From Dirinaria sp. TL-2023a (Eukaryota): a stretch of 41,797 nt of DNA. Shown here piece after piece: positions 22,701 to 35,217 of this stretch. Location of the stretch: assembly GCA_051941275.1 (NCBI GenBank), contig JAVEBF010000038.1, forward strand, positions 1 through 41,797. The letters run 5' to 3'. The translations under genes were made by a program, and so were the position numbers. A model generated the notes under the pieces. The model did no database searches. It was not told where the DNA came from and was given only the letters and a program-made list of their open reading frames with translations. Numbering within the stretch: the stretch's first letter is position 1; each line of letters starts with the position of its first letter.

Positions 22701-24939
22701 TGAACTAGACATGGCTCCGTACCATGTCGATACCCTTAAGGATCCAGCTCACCCTTCGACACCTGACGTCTTCAACCTCGTTGGGGTTCTTGTTCATAGT
22801 GGCACTGCTGAATCCGGCCACTACTACTCCTATATAAGGGAACGGCCTGCCAAACCAAGTCGCGGCAACTGCTGGGTTGAATACAACGACGCTGATCTTC
22901 TCAGATTCGACGCTAGAAACATCGAGGATCAATGTTTCGGAGGAATAATTGAATCCCCCCCCTTCAACGTTTTCCCTAAGCAATGGAATGCTTACTGCCT
23001 GTTTTATCAACGGAAAGTAGCCATGGATACCGAAGTCAAAACTTATCAACCAACATCAGAGAAGCCTGTTAAGATTGAAATTCCAGTCGACCTAAACAAC
23101 CGCATTGCCATAAATAATGAACTATTCGCTCGCAAATACTGCCTCCTGGACCCCACTCATGCTTCCTTTGTAAAGAGCCTCGTGGAGCAACTTCGGTATA
23201 TCAGTAATGGATCATGCTCTAGTGACCATCAAACGGAGAAGGACGTTATGAGAATTGCACTTGAGCATCTCAATCAAGTCTTCTCACGCGTCAAAGATTG
23301 CTCCGGCTTCCACGAAGTCCTGGCTTCGCTAAAGAAGATTATAGTTGGATGCACCATATGCTGCAAGTATGCCTTGGATTGGGTCGTTAGGGATGAGAAG
23401 AACATAAAAAACATGCTTTTACGATGCCCGTCGTTTAAGGCTCGTAGAGAATTTGCCGACCTGATCGTTGAGGCTCTTCAGTACCTCCGAGGGTGTGATC
23501 ATCGAGCCTATGGATTGGATATTGACGAAAGTTCCACCGCTAGTGGCACGATTATCCCAATTGATCGCACAGCCACGATACACAAAATGATTCAACGCTT
23601 GAAAGCTCTCCAATGTCACATGCCAAATAACAGCCGTGGCTGGGACGACTATTATGGCGTTCTTGTTGAGATAGCAAAACTTGGCGCTTCAGAAGCTTAC
23701 CTGCTACTTCGAGAAGGATTTCTCAAGGTTTCTTTAGAGTTGCTGATGGTGGATCATATCGAAGCAAAGGAGCCGCTGAAGCGCAGAAACAGTTACTATG
23801 GAACGTACCTTCGTTTGATGGAGAAAGGGCGCAAGTACTCACTCCACAAGTTGATCGAACTGCTCCAAATTCTCCTAGGTTGCGTCGACCTCTCGGCAGA
23901 TTCTGTAGGACTGCAAGACGGTCACGACCGACTCACCGCGGAGGGCAGACCCATCCTGAGCGCCGGAGAGGCCGAGTTGCTGCATTTTGGGAACCAAGCG
24001 CACCGTCCGAAGATCCTGGTTTTTTTCGATAAGATCCTGAGTTCGGATCAGAATCGAGAAGCCGCGAAAGCAATTGCCCGCATGTTGATCACTGTTGAAC
24101 GTGATACAAGTCTACTTAATTTAACTAAAATGACTATCACGCACGGCATGAGTATGGATCCTGCCACGTTAGCCGCGCCTTATCTCAACGCCGCGCTCGT
24201 GTTCTGTGAAGCGTGTCCGGACCTTCACTCTGTTAAGGCTGTGCTTAAGCAAGTTGCTCAGGAGGTAGAGACAATCGGTGACCATGGTGGCCAAGAGCAC
24301 CTTGAATTCTTCCTGTGTGCTCGTCGGCTCTCGAATGTTCAAATACAGCGCGGCCCTGCTTTCTTCACACGTTGTGTACTTTCCAGCGTTCAGTATTGGG
24401 CACCATCCTTGCTCATGTACTGGGAACCACGAGTTCGTACAGGCACAATTGACCTCCTACGATCTCTCGTGTTTGAGCGTGACACGCAGAATATGGATAA
24501 CGAGCAGGAAGCTGCAGACATTGAAAAGGCGGGGAGAGACTTATGCATAGCCTGCGTCAAGCGCGTCCAGAGCCAGTATATCGAGGAGCGAAAGCCTGTC
24601 GAAACCAAGCTTGTTGAGCACGTTGAGCGGGTGATTCGTTATTGTCTGGAGCACTACTGTGAGGAGGAGAGCACCAGCACTTTAGGTCTCCAAGCGCGAG
24701 GTACGACCCATAGAGTTCAGTCAGGCTCAGATTGGACTAACATTGAGTTCTAGCGACACTGGAGCAGTTTTACACCTTGGCCACTTCAGATGACGATGAT
24801 GGAACCTCAGGTAAGCACTGTGACCCTAGCTGCTCTGAAGTACGTGTCACTGACGAAATTAGACAACTGGAATAATGAGATATCCGACAATCCGTCCGAT
24901 TCCGAGTCAGAAACCCTCGGACCAGGTAAAATGGAATGA
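16704..24939 (+). CDS. Large ubiquitin-specific protease, USP34/USP9/USP24-like (peptidase C19)
   Basis: Cys box GYAGMKNLSNTCYLNSLLTQLF, QMDVDEF, LIFHLKRFDYD and His box GVLVHSGTAESGHYYSYI. Long helical N-terminus with a ubiquitin-like segment near 20030-20250. Twelve GT-AG introns starting at 17362, 17583, 20386, 20598, 20800, 21156, 21427, 21580, 22443, 22543, 24701 and 24811. Confidence 0.92.
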
Positions 24940-25653
24940 CTGTGGATGGATATGGGATAACGAAGCGTATGCTGGAATGGATCAGGGAAAAGGTGGCATA
25001 GTAACAAGGCGCGCTGGGTCTGAAACGGTGCTGGGAATTACCCACGTATAGTGGTGGTATCGGATGGAATTGCATCGAAGGCTTGCGGAGCCCTATGGCG
25101 TTGGTCTCTCATGCTCTGTCCTCTACAAGGCTGTAACACATTTGTATCAAAGGCTACTTTAGCCCTTCATCGGAACCTGGAAGTTGTGCAGGCGCCCCAA
25201 GAATCAATTATACTTAAGGGGAGGCTGCGAGGGCTGCTATGAAGTCTGCAACCCATGGCTTGAGCTCATGATAGCAGTATCTCCACTGACCGTCCACGTC
25301 GGTAAAACCTCCATTTCCTCAAGGGGCTTCACTGTCATGTGCTTCGCCAGTGACTCAAATGGCATGCTATTGTACGTACGAGTACATGTACATTCATCGA
25401 AAAAAAGCGTAGAGAGAGAAATCAGGAAAGGAAACCCTCAGAATGTGTCTTAGCGATGGCGTCGATCACTAGTACCCAGAATATCCATGCGTCAGGCCGC
25501 CGATCCAATGTCAATCTGGCGGTATTTCCTGAAAGTTCGCAGCAGAGTTGGATGAACGTCTTAACAAAGCTTCGCTTCCTTCATATTCGAAGAGCGCTAA
25601 ATACATTAACCTCAATTATCTGTAATGATAAATTTGCAGGAAGGACGTTTGCC

Positions 25654-28292
25654 ATGGCCGCCGCAATCAAGACTCCGCGAGACCCGAACACGTTATCAAA
25701 CTACCATAATTGGCTGTTAAAGCATACTATTACTAACCTTTATATCGATTTCGAAAGGAAGAGTCTATCAGGTAACGTAGTACTGCAGCTGGAGGCTCGC
25801 ATACCAGAGGAACGACCACCAATTGTCCTTGACACCAGCTGGCTCGGCATCGGCAGCGTCAAGGTCAATGGAGGCGAGACTAGTTATGAGCTCACTCCGA
25901 GATTCGAACCTTATGGAAGTGCGTTGAAGATTCCAATTGACCCGAGCCTTCATAAAGCAGGAGTGGAGCTAGAAGTGAGCCTGATACCATAGAGACGTCC
26001 GGAAAAGAATGGCGAGCTGATACCGGGACGCATTCAGATCGAAGTCAAGACTACTGAGAAATGTACAGCGCTACAATGGCTGACGCCCGCCCAGACATCA
26101 GGCGCGCATCCGTATCTATGTTGGTCGACCTGGCAAATGCTCAAGACAGTTCCCAGGCGCTGATAGACCATGCAGTCTCACAGAGTCAACCAATCCATGC
26201 CCGATCAGTCTTCCCATGTCAAGATACGCCAGATGTCAAATCAACGTTTGACTTCAACATCAGATCGCCTTTGCCTGTCATTGCTTCTGGACTGTTCACT
26301 GGCTCACGGGATTTCCAGCCTGGCAAGGACGGGGCTCCGGGAACGCTCCTGTACACTTTCAAGCAGGAGGTACCTATTCCAAGCTATCTATATGCTATAG
26401 CGAGCGGGTGCGCATATCATCAATATCACTCCACAAATGATGGTTTTTGGAGCTAATCACGTACCCCAGCGACATTGCGAGTGCGGCGGTCGGGCCAAGA
26501 AGCAGCATAGCTTCAGGTCCAGACAAGCTTGAGGCTTGTAAATGGGAAGTCGAGGCAGATATGGAGCGTTTCATACAGGCTGCTGAAGTAGCTGGACACG
26601 CCGAATCAGCCTAGTATTGGGGCTGACTTTCTTTGCAGAGTATAGTTTGTCCCTATGTCTGGACTACCTACAACATGCTCGTACTTCCTCCCAGCTTTCC
26701 TTGTAGGTGCCGTCTCTTTCAATTTCTTCATAGTTGTTCGGTCCCTTGGCTGCTGCTATCAATCCTATTATGCCCGCGATATACCATTTTTCAGGTCTGC
26801 CGAGGAGATTTCGAACACATCGTTCGCTGAGTTCGTTATTATTCCTTCCTACGCCCAGGATGCTGATCTACCAAGTCGGCGGCATGGAGAACCCAGTTTT
26901 CACGTTCGCAACTCCTACGTTTATCACCGGCGACCGCGAGAATGTCGACATGATCGCGCATGAGCTCGCGCACAGCTGGAGCGGCAACCTAGTTACCAAC
27001 GCATCATGGGAACATTTCTGGCTCAACGAAGGTTGGACTATGTATCTGCAACGGAGAGTACGTTCGTCAACGTCTCTCCCATTGACCGCCGAAACTAACC
27101 ATTAGTAACAGATCGAGGCAGCCATGTAAGCTCCCAGCCCCCTTCAAAATTTACACTGGCCATAAAAACCAACATTGTGTCCATCCAGCCACGGAGACCC
27201 AGCACGTGACTTCTCCGCCATTGTGGGCTGGAAAGCTCTCTCGGACTCGATCCATGAATTTGGAGAAGACCACGAGTTCACAAAAATGATCCCCGACCTC
27301 AAAGGCAAAGACCCAGACGACGCCTTCTCTACCGTCCCCTATGAAAAAGGCTTCACCTTCCTCTACCACCTAGAAAAAGGAATCGGGAAAGAGAAATGGG
27401 ATAAATTCATCCCTCACGTATGAAACCAAACCACATTCCCCTTCCCCGCTCTATCCTGAGTCCATCCCTAATTGCACCCCGAAAACCCCTGACACTCTCT
27501 CCTCCATAGTACTTCACCAAATTCGCCCACTGCTCCCTCGACTCCTACGAATTCAAATCCACCGTGCTCGCCTTCTTCTCCAGCGACCCCACAGCAAACA
27601 CATTCCTCACAACCCTGGACTGGGAGAAATGGTTCTACTCGCCTGGTTTTCCACCTCAAAAACCGGATTTCGACACTTCCCTCGCAGACGCCTGCTACGC
27701 TTTGGCCGAAAAATGGGAATCCCTGTCCTCTTCCTCCTCCAAAAAAACCAACAACAAAGAGGACGGGGGTCCTGCAGACTTCCATCCCCAACCGTCAGAT
27801 ATCGCTCCCTTGTCCTCGACCCAGATCGTCGTCTTCCTCGAGCGCGTCCAGGATTTCTCCCCACCTTTGAACAAAGACCACGTCAAACTCATGGACCAAG
27901 CGTACTCGTTCCACACGAGCGGCAACGCGGAGATCCTCAGCCGGTTTTTGACCATAGGGTTGAAGGCCCGGGAGGAAGGGTTGTACGGACTTGTGGCCGA
28001 GTTTCTGGGGAAGGTCGGGAGGATGAAGTTTGTGAGGCCGCTGTACGTATTTCTTATTCATCTATCTTTTACTTTTCTTTTTCTTCTTTTTTCTTTGGTT
28101 CTGTTACAGGGGAGGGAAAAAAGAGGGAGGGCGGTGTGGCTGGTGAGGTAGCTGATCTGTTATTAAATTGCCAGATTCCGCCAGCTGAACGAAGTCGCTC
28201 GCGATCTAGCCCTGGAGACCTTTGAAAAGAATAAGGATTTTTATCACCCCATTTGTCGGGCCATGGTGCAGAAGGATTTGTTCGGTAAGTAG
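25654..28292 (+). CDS. LAP2: Leukotriene A4 hydrolase-like M1 zinc aminopeptidase
   Basis: [57 protein letters not shown] (HEXXH-18-E), [21 protein letters not shown] and FYHPIC. Introns start at 25975, 26120, 26408, 26588, 26703, 27058, 27126, 27418 and 28044. Upstream in-frame ATGs at 25552 and 25456. Confidence 0.95.
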
Positions 28293-29116
28293 AAGCAGGG
28301 GAATCGCTCTATTGCCACCAATAAAACCCCCCCCCCCTCGCCCCTCTGTCAGAGAGCCCTGCTCGAAGGAGACCTCAGACCGTAGAAATCCGTACTTAAT
28401 ATAGAGAGAGAGAGAAAAAAAAAGGGCTACAATTAAGTCTAAACCGTCCAGTAAATTTCCAAAATTTACCTAGACCTTAACCAGAGTACCATTCATCATT
28501 CATCATCCTTCCGCTTTAAGAAAAGGAAAAAAAAAAGAAAAAGCTTTTTAGACACCCACACACCCATCTCTGAAAATTTTGGATCCCCCGCGGTTGTGTC
28601 TTAACTTTTCATTATTCTTTAGAAATAAATACTCGAACTTTGTTTTTTGTGTGTGTGTGTGAAGGTCTCCGGAAATTTTGATCAATGGCTTTACCCATTT
28701 TCTTTTTTTTTTTTTTGATCTCTTTTGGGCTTCTCTTTTGATATTATGATTGTCGACATTTGCAAACCCGTTTGCGTAGATTCTGAATATGGCAGGTAGG
28801 TGGTGTACTCGTACTCGTACGAGCAAAAGTCAAGGTGTGATGTACGGGTAGTGGGCACAAATAAAATGTTTTTTGAAGAGCATATCTGTGCTTAGGATAA
28901 CCCTTTTTTTTTGGGGGAAGCTTTGTAGCAAGCAATACATGAATAAAACCCCCCCTCCAACAAGTCGACATTTCCGTATTTTCTTGGAAGCTTCCTGGGC
29001 GGAAAATCACATAACTCACTTACAGGCAACCCCCCAATCTCACGCCCGTGCTACGTGATTGGTAAACTCCTCGCTATAAAACGACAGCACCAACATCAGA
29101 CGGGCTCTATGATAGG

Positions 29117-29119
<3 letters not shown>

Positions 29120-29148
<29 letters not shown>
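29120..29148. repeat. Poly(A) tract, 29 nt
   Basis: Uninterrupted A run about 115 nt past the CAX stop, within a homopolymer-rich intergenic region. Confidence 0.9.
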
Positions 29149-29263
29149 CACCTGGGCTCGCTCGATGCTCACGAAATGCAACTGTGCAATGACTCCTAAA
29201 CAAAGAAAATGGGCCATAACCTCGAACACGTCACCAAACCAAATACGAAGAGATCAGCAAAGC

Positions 29264-31187
29264 TCATCTCCTCAGCAGGAATCGCAGAGCAGCTTCAGTG
29301 GTTGCGGCAGCTGCTTGGGCTTCGGTGGTTTCGCTAGCGCCACCGGTTGTTGTGTTTTCTGAGTTGTTGTCACCCTTTTCGGGAGTAGGGTAGTAGTAGG
29401 CGGCCACCTGTTATCAGGTCAGTCAGTTTCTGAACGGAAGTCTGATGAGATATTGGGGTCCCACCGCTATGATGAGGTAAACCAAGATGCAGAGACAGCC
29501 TTCGAGATAGTTCGACTTCAGGTCCCGTAAGAAGTTTCCGACCACGATAATGGCAAGGATAAGGACGACAATGTTGAAAACCTCAAAGTTGAGGTCCTGA
29601 TTCAGTGAGCGATAGCTAATGCAGAGTAGGGTTCGAATGAACTGACCATGCCTTTTGAAATACCCCAGCCGATGATAACAATGAGCGAGGAGTTGAAGAG
29701 AGCAGTCTGGATCGTCGCCCCTAAAACATGGGCCAAAGCGAAGTTCATCTAATCGTATTAATGTATGGGTTATTGCTGCAAAGGTTTCGAAAAATACCTG
29801 ATTGTCATGTGCCTCGTCGATAGCAGTAAGATGCTCGGCCAGCTTCTCAACCAGAGGTACTAGAATCTAAATTACGTTACTCAGCAGTGGTCCCATGGAA
29901 CCGAATTTAGGTACTTACAAGACCCATGAATGCGTCGCTGACCCCTCTCTCTACTATTGGCTCAATTTGTTGTACAAGAAACACTGCGTGCATTGAGACA
30001 CAGGTCAGGGCCAGGAGGATAGCAATGATGCACTCCGTGAACGTGAATTTATCCTTCTTGAGATCCTTATCCCGGTCATGATCCCTTAACTCATCTTTCT
30101 CTAGCACAGCGTCGTAGATACCGTGATGGCTCCTTGAAACCCATTAGCTTGCGAATATGGTACGCAAGGATGGTGATCCAACCTCATTTGAAACCAGACA
30201 TAGATAAGGAACGCGACCAGAAGGATGACCGACGTAGCTCGGCTGATTGTCAATGTTCTGCTTTCCAAGAAGTCGGTAGAGAAGCCTGCTCCGGACAAAG
30301 AGTTGAAGAAGGCGCTTGGTATCAGAAGACCAAACCCAGCAACGAGCAGTAGCCCACTGCCGACTTCGCTCACGGCTTCATCAAATTCCTGCTCGTGCCT
30401 TGTCATGCCGCCGACAAAGAAACAGAAGCCGAGGCACAGGAGTAAGTTGGCCAATATGGATCCTAGAATGGCAGCTCTGATTACGGGAACAAGAGTAGTC
30501 CCTTTGAGACCTGGGCTGTTTGGGTTGTCCTTCGATTCACTGAGCAAAACGACGAAGAGGATGATCTCAACTATGCCTCCAAGAAATGTCTCGAGTACAA
30601 TACCTGTCATTGTTAGCCATCAATCAGATTGATCATGGTAACCACTTTATTACCCAGAACTTTTGGTAACTTCCTCGCCAACTCTTGCCCCGCAAAACCA
30701 ATCAGGTTGGCGGTCGGTACCATAGCAATGTAGTTCAATGCAAATATCCATACTTGCAAATCCTCTCGATCTTGCCCGGCGAAGTGTATAGCAATAGCGG
30801 CAGGTACAAAGGGCCACAGGACGTTAACCAGCAAAGAAGCCTTGCTACTGCTTCGAAAGGCTATGCGCATAAAGTGCCAGGGATGGAAGAAACGCCGGCC
30901 TGACTCGCCGTCAGGATGTATTCGTTTGTGGACGCGATGACCATTCTGTAGGCTGCAGATTAGCAGACGACAAGGCTTTTCTTAACGATCGAAGTCTCCG
31001 AGTGCTAGATTTTCTTCGCGAGGTTGCTCTGCCACAGACTCACATGGTTGATTCGTGGTAAATGGGGGTACATTGGGTGCCTCTCCGTGTTTCCATTGCT
31101 CGCATGTTCCGTAAGCTCAATGTCCGGGTCATGATGGCTGGATTTGCGAGATTGAGCGTTGCCCTTGTGACGTCGAGGGCCGAACAT
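29264..31187 (-). CDS. Vacuolar Ca2+/H+ exchanger family (CaCA/CAX, VCX1-like paralogue)
   Basis: AILGSILANLLLCLG, SRATSVILLVAFLIYVWFQMRSH, AEHLTAI, LGATIQTALF and KSNYLEG. Introns 31043-30946, 30653-30604, 30182-30133, 29918-29867, 29797-29749, 29646-29597 and 29464-29408. Confidence 0.9.
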
Positions 31188-33136
31188 GTTGTCCACTTGG
31201 TGACGAGTCGTGGTACGTCGTCGTCAAAGATAGGTATGGTAAAGAAGGATACTTTTTGAGGCAAGAAGGGTCGTTTGCTTCGGGTGAGCTGGCTAGTCGG
31301 CACGGTCTGCAGCGCAATTGTCAATTTGGCTGGCCTTCTTTGCACAGCAAACAACTACCACAGTAAAGAAAGTGGACAGACAAGGAGAAGGAAGGCAGGG
31401 TAAGGTAAGTCGAAGAAGGAGACGTGGGGCCAAAGAGTGAAAGGAGAGAAAGCGGTAAGTGAAAGAATGGAAGGTAGACTGTAGAGGCAGTGAAGTCGGA
31501 ATCCGTGTCCAAGGAATTATCGTCAGTGTCAAGACTTTACTTTTGCCTAGTCAGGGTGATTTCCAGATTGGTTCACTTGGCACTGCGCATCAAGAGCTGG
31601 CAGCTCGTTCCAGATCCTGTATGCCAAGAGCCAATGAATGGGAGGGGGGGAGGCCTGATATTATTGCTGCTGAGGGGTTTCGGGGAAGAGCGTCCATGTG
31701 GTAGAAATCCCTTCGGACATGTTTCGATTGCTCACATTGGAGCCGATGATTCTGGCGCAGCAGCTTCACAAAAATGGGTGTGTGTCCATCAACAAACCGT
31801 GATTTCGTCAAATCGAGGAGGAGTCGAGAGACACCTTGACCGCGCTAGGCCAACCAAGCGACCGTCCCGCCTACAAGACCAATCACACGAAGCCGAAAGT
31901 CGGGAGAAAAAGTATGACTAAGGTAAGGTACTGCCCTGTCTTAGTATTTTCTTTTCCTCATGTTACAAGGGGCTTCCATTCTACTTTATTTTTCTTCCCC
32001 TCCAAGACACCCTTTATATGGGGGACCAGCCCATCGTAGCGCGTCGAAGCGGTCTCTCCATGATTGATCCAGAGGCTCTCATAGTCACACCAAAAAGTGG
32101 AAGGAAAAACGGATTCTTTCACAACAGGATATTCTTGTCCTCCTTTTGGTCTTACAAGAAAATGAAGGCACACGGGTCTCATGTTTTCCAGTGTGAACAG
32201 TATCAATTATTCTTGCGCGCTTGAAATACGAAGAGGCGCATACTACTCTCCCGCCGTCGACTCCACGGACAAACGTTACATAGTCCTTAGTAGAATTATG
32301 AGGTAGATGGAAGCTCTTCACAGCCCTCCATTTTCAGTCTCGTTCTTTTCTGTACTGCCACGGATCATTCGCATGTGCCTTTCAAAGGAAGAGTCGCGCA
32401 GCTTTCTCTAGTCTAGTGTTCTCTGGTATCCTTGTTTCACTTGGAATTTGTTTGTGATTTTAATGTTGAGTGATTCCTTTGAAGATGGAGAAAATTTTCT
32501 CGAATCCCGCTGTGACCTACTGATAGCTGGAGCCGGTTGAAGATCGAACCGGTAGATAGACCAGATAATTCTCAGCCTTTGGACAGCAAGAAATGCTACG
32601 ACGATAATAAATTTTTAGTGGACGATGAGTAGTACCACAAAGGCCACGGGGAAGCATACAACAATCATAGCGTTGACAGGGATACTGACTCTAGAGCGGC
32701 AGTCCGACCTAACCAATATGTTGGCTGGATCAATTGGCTTTAATAAATATTACAGAGAAGGACATGTACTTCTCGGCAATTCTGCTGCCGCAGACCATGT
32801 ATCCAGGTATGTGGAACCCATTGACTGCTATTTAAAAGGCTAGCAAACTCGTCATTGCAGCAACGTATTCGTCCCTTCATGTTCCATCTAGAGCTTGTCA
32901 GCTGCTGTCGCTGATTTTCAACACCAGGGAGATTTAGGGCCCGCTTGCAGCCCTAGACCGCGGCTAACCTCGGCTTTATGTTCGCCATTTCTATCCTTCG
33001 CAGCGTGCTTGATTAAGGTACCTTACTGTAGTAATTTTGAAAATCCATTTCACCACATCTCCGACGTTGGAACCCACAGAGGCATTACCGGTATCTCATA
33101 CATACCATAAAGGCACAAGTTTCCCAGGTCACCACA

Positions 33137-34930
33137 ATGTCGACAATCACGAAACCCAAACTTCCACCCGTGGTAATGGAAACAGTTACCCAACAGATTG
33201 GTAACACGCCTATGGTCCGACTTAACAAGCTCCCTCAAAGTCTCGGCATTGAAGCTACCGTGTATGCGAAGCTAGAATACTTCAACGCCGGTGGAAGCGT
33301 CAAAGACCGGATAGCGCTTCGTATGATCGAAGAGGCGGAGCGTTCAGGAAGAATAAAACCCGGGGACACCTTAATTGAGCCAACAAGTGGTAATACGTGA
33401 GAAACCACCTTAGTGGACATTTTGTGGGGGCGATCGGCTAAGATTTTCTGATAGTGGTATTGGCCTCGCTCTGGTTGCGGCAGTCAAGGGTATCCTCTGG
33501 GTTCTATGTATCGCGAGGGGCTGGAAATGCGCTGACAAGCTCAAGGCTACAAGACAATCATAACCCTCCCTGAGAAAATGTCTCCCGAGAAAGTCGCCGT
33601 GTTGCGCGCCCTCAATGCAACCATCATCCGAACCCCTACCCAGGCCGCCTTTGATTCCCCCGAATCACATATCGGAGTCGCACGCCGGTTACAGAAAGAG
33701 ATCCCGAACGCGCATATCTTAGATCAGTACGGAAACGTTGACAACCCTCTTGCGCATGAGCACGGAACAGCGCAGGAAATATGGACACAGACTGAAGGGA
33801 AAATCACTGCTGTGATCGCTGGCGCTGGAACTGGTGGCACGATTACTGGACTAGCAAAGGGCCTCCGGAAACACAATCCTGAGGTCAAGATCATAGCAGC
33901 AGATCCATATGGCTCAATCTTGGCGTTTCCGAGTCAGCTAAATCAGCAGCACGCTAACGAGTCCTACAAAGTCGAAGGCATAGGTTATGATTTCGTGCCA
34001 GATGTGCTGGATCAACAGACAGTGGACCATTGGTATAAGACGGATGATCGAGAAGCTTTTGCATATGCACGACGCCTTATTGCCGAAGAGGGTTTGCTAG
34101 TCGGTGGTAGTAGTGGCAGTGCGATAGCTGCTATGGTTAAGAGCGTCAATGAGTTGGGATTCGGTAAAGGAGACGTGGTGGTTGTGATATTGCCAGATAG
34201 TATTCGAAGCTATCTCAGCAAGGTAGTCAATGCTTCTCCCCTTGAATTCTCTAGTGTGGACGACTGACAGCTGAAGTTTGTGGACGACGACTGGCTTGCT
34301 GCGAACGACCTCCTGCCCCCTACGCCCCCACCAACAAATCCACCCTCACCAACTCTCACTGCGAGCAAGCCCTCTCAAGCTTTCTCGGACGCCACCATTC
34401 GCACACTTCGCCTCAAGCCTGTTACTACTATCGATTCTGCCTCGCCTTGTTCGGAAGCCGTGGAAACCATGCGTGAAAAAGGTTTCGACCAACTCCCTGT
34501 ACTAGCGCCTAAGTCGCGTAAACTTATTGGTCTAGTGACCTTGGGGAACCTCTTAAGTTGGATCAGCCAAGGTCGAGCCACACCCAGCAGTCCTGTAAAA
34601 GATGTCATGTTCAATTTCACCAAGATCAGCGAGGTGGTCACCGATCCTCGGGATTTTGCTGAACTATCTCCTGTGGTAGGAAAGGGCGAGAAGATGACGA
34701 ATGGGGAGGCTGATAGTCATGGAGTAGGGGGAAAAGGTGATGGGAAGCGAAGCCGATTCGTCGAAATCACGCTTGAAACACCGCTAAAGGCGCTGAGTCG
34801 ATTTTTCGAGTGGAACAGCGCAGCAGTCGTGACGGGCCGTGATGACGAAGGGCTAATGAAGCCAGTGGCAGTGGTAACCAAGGTCGACTTATTGACATGG
34901 CTCGTCAAACAAGGGAAGATAGGGATTTGA
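33137..34930 (+). CDS. CYS4: Cystathionine beta-synthase
   Basis: [27 protein letters not shown] (PLP lysine), [40 protein letters not shown] and C-terminal CBS domains ([11 protein letters not shown]). Introns 33397-33454, 33490-33545 and 34223-34276. Confidence 0.97.
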
Positions 34931-35217
34931 AAGGCCGTCGATTTTCGAGAGCAGTCGATGGCCTTCCAATAGGAAACGGCTTTTTTTGAAACATGGGGCG
35001 ACATTGCCACGAGCGTGCTAAAGACGGCGCAAGTTCCCCAGCGTTGCTTGGTCTTACGTACAGGGAACTTGAAATCCGATGATGTTAATGATCTTAAAAG
35101 AGAAGGACAATACTTCATTGTCAAACTAGTGATGCGAAGAGTTTCCGAGCGAGATATGCATTAGACGGTCTGTGGCCATGGATTGCATAAGGGCTTGAAT
35201 GCTGCAGAATTGTAAAT

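Noticed and set aside
17369..28151. Apparent stops and frameshifts fragmenting the USP and LAP2 ORFs (pseudogenes?)
   Set aside because: Every break is explained by a GT-AG intron that restores the frame and the conserved motifs.
29120..29148. A29 as a retroposon poly(A) tail
   Set aside because: No target-site duplication or upstream SINE/LINE body. The surrounding DNA is generally homopolymer-rich.
31188..33136. Many short ORFs in the 1.9 kb CAX-CYS4 spacer
   Set aside because: None shows a domain or a consistent splice structure. They fit divergent promoters and UTRs.
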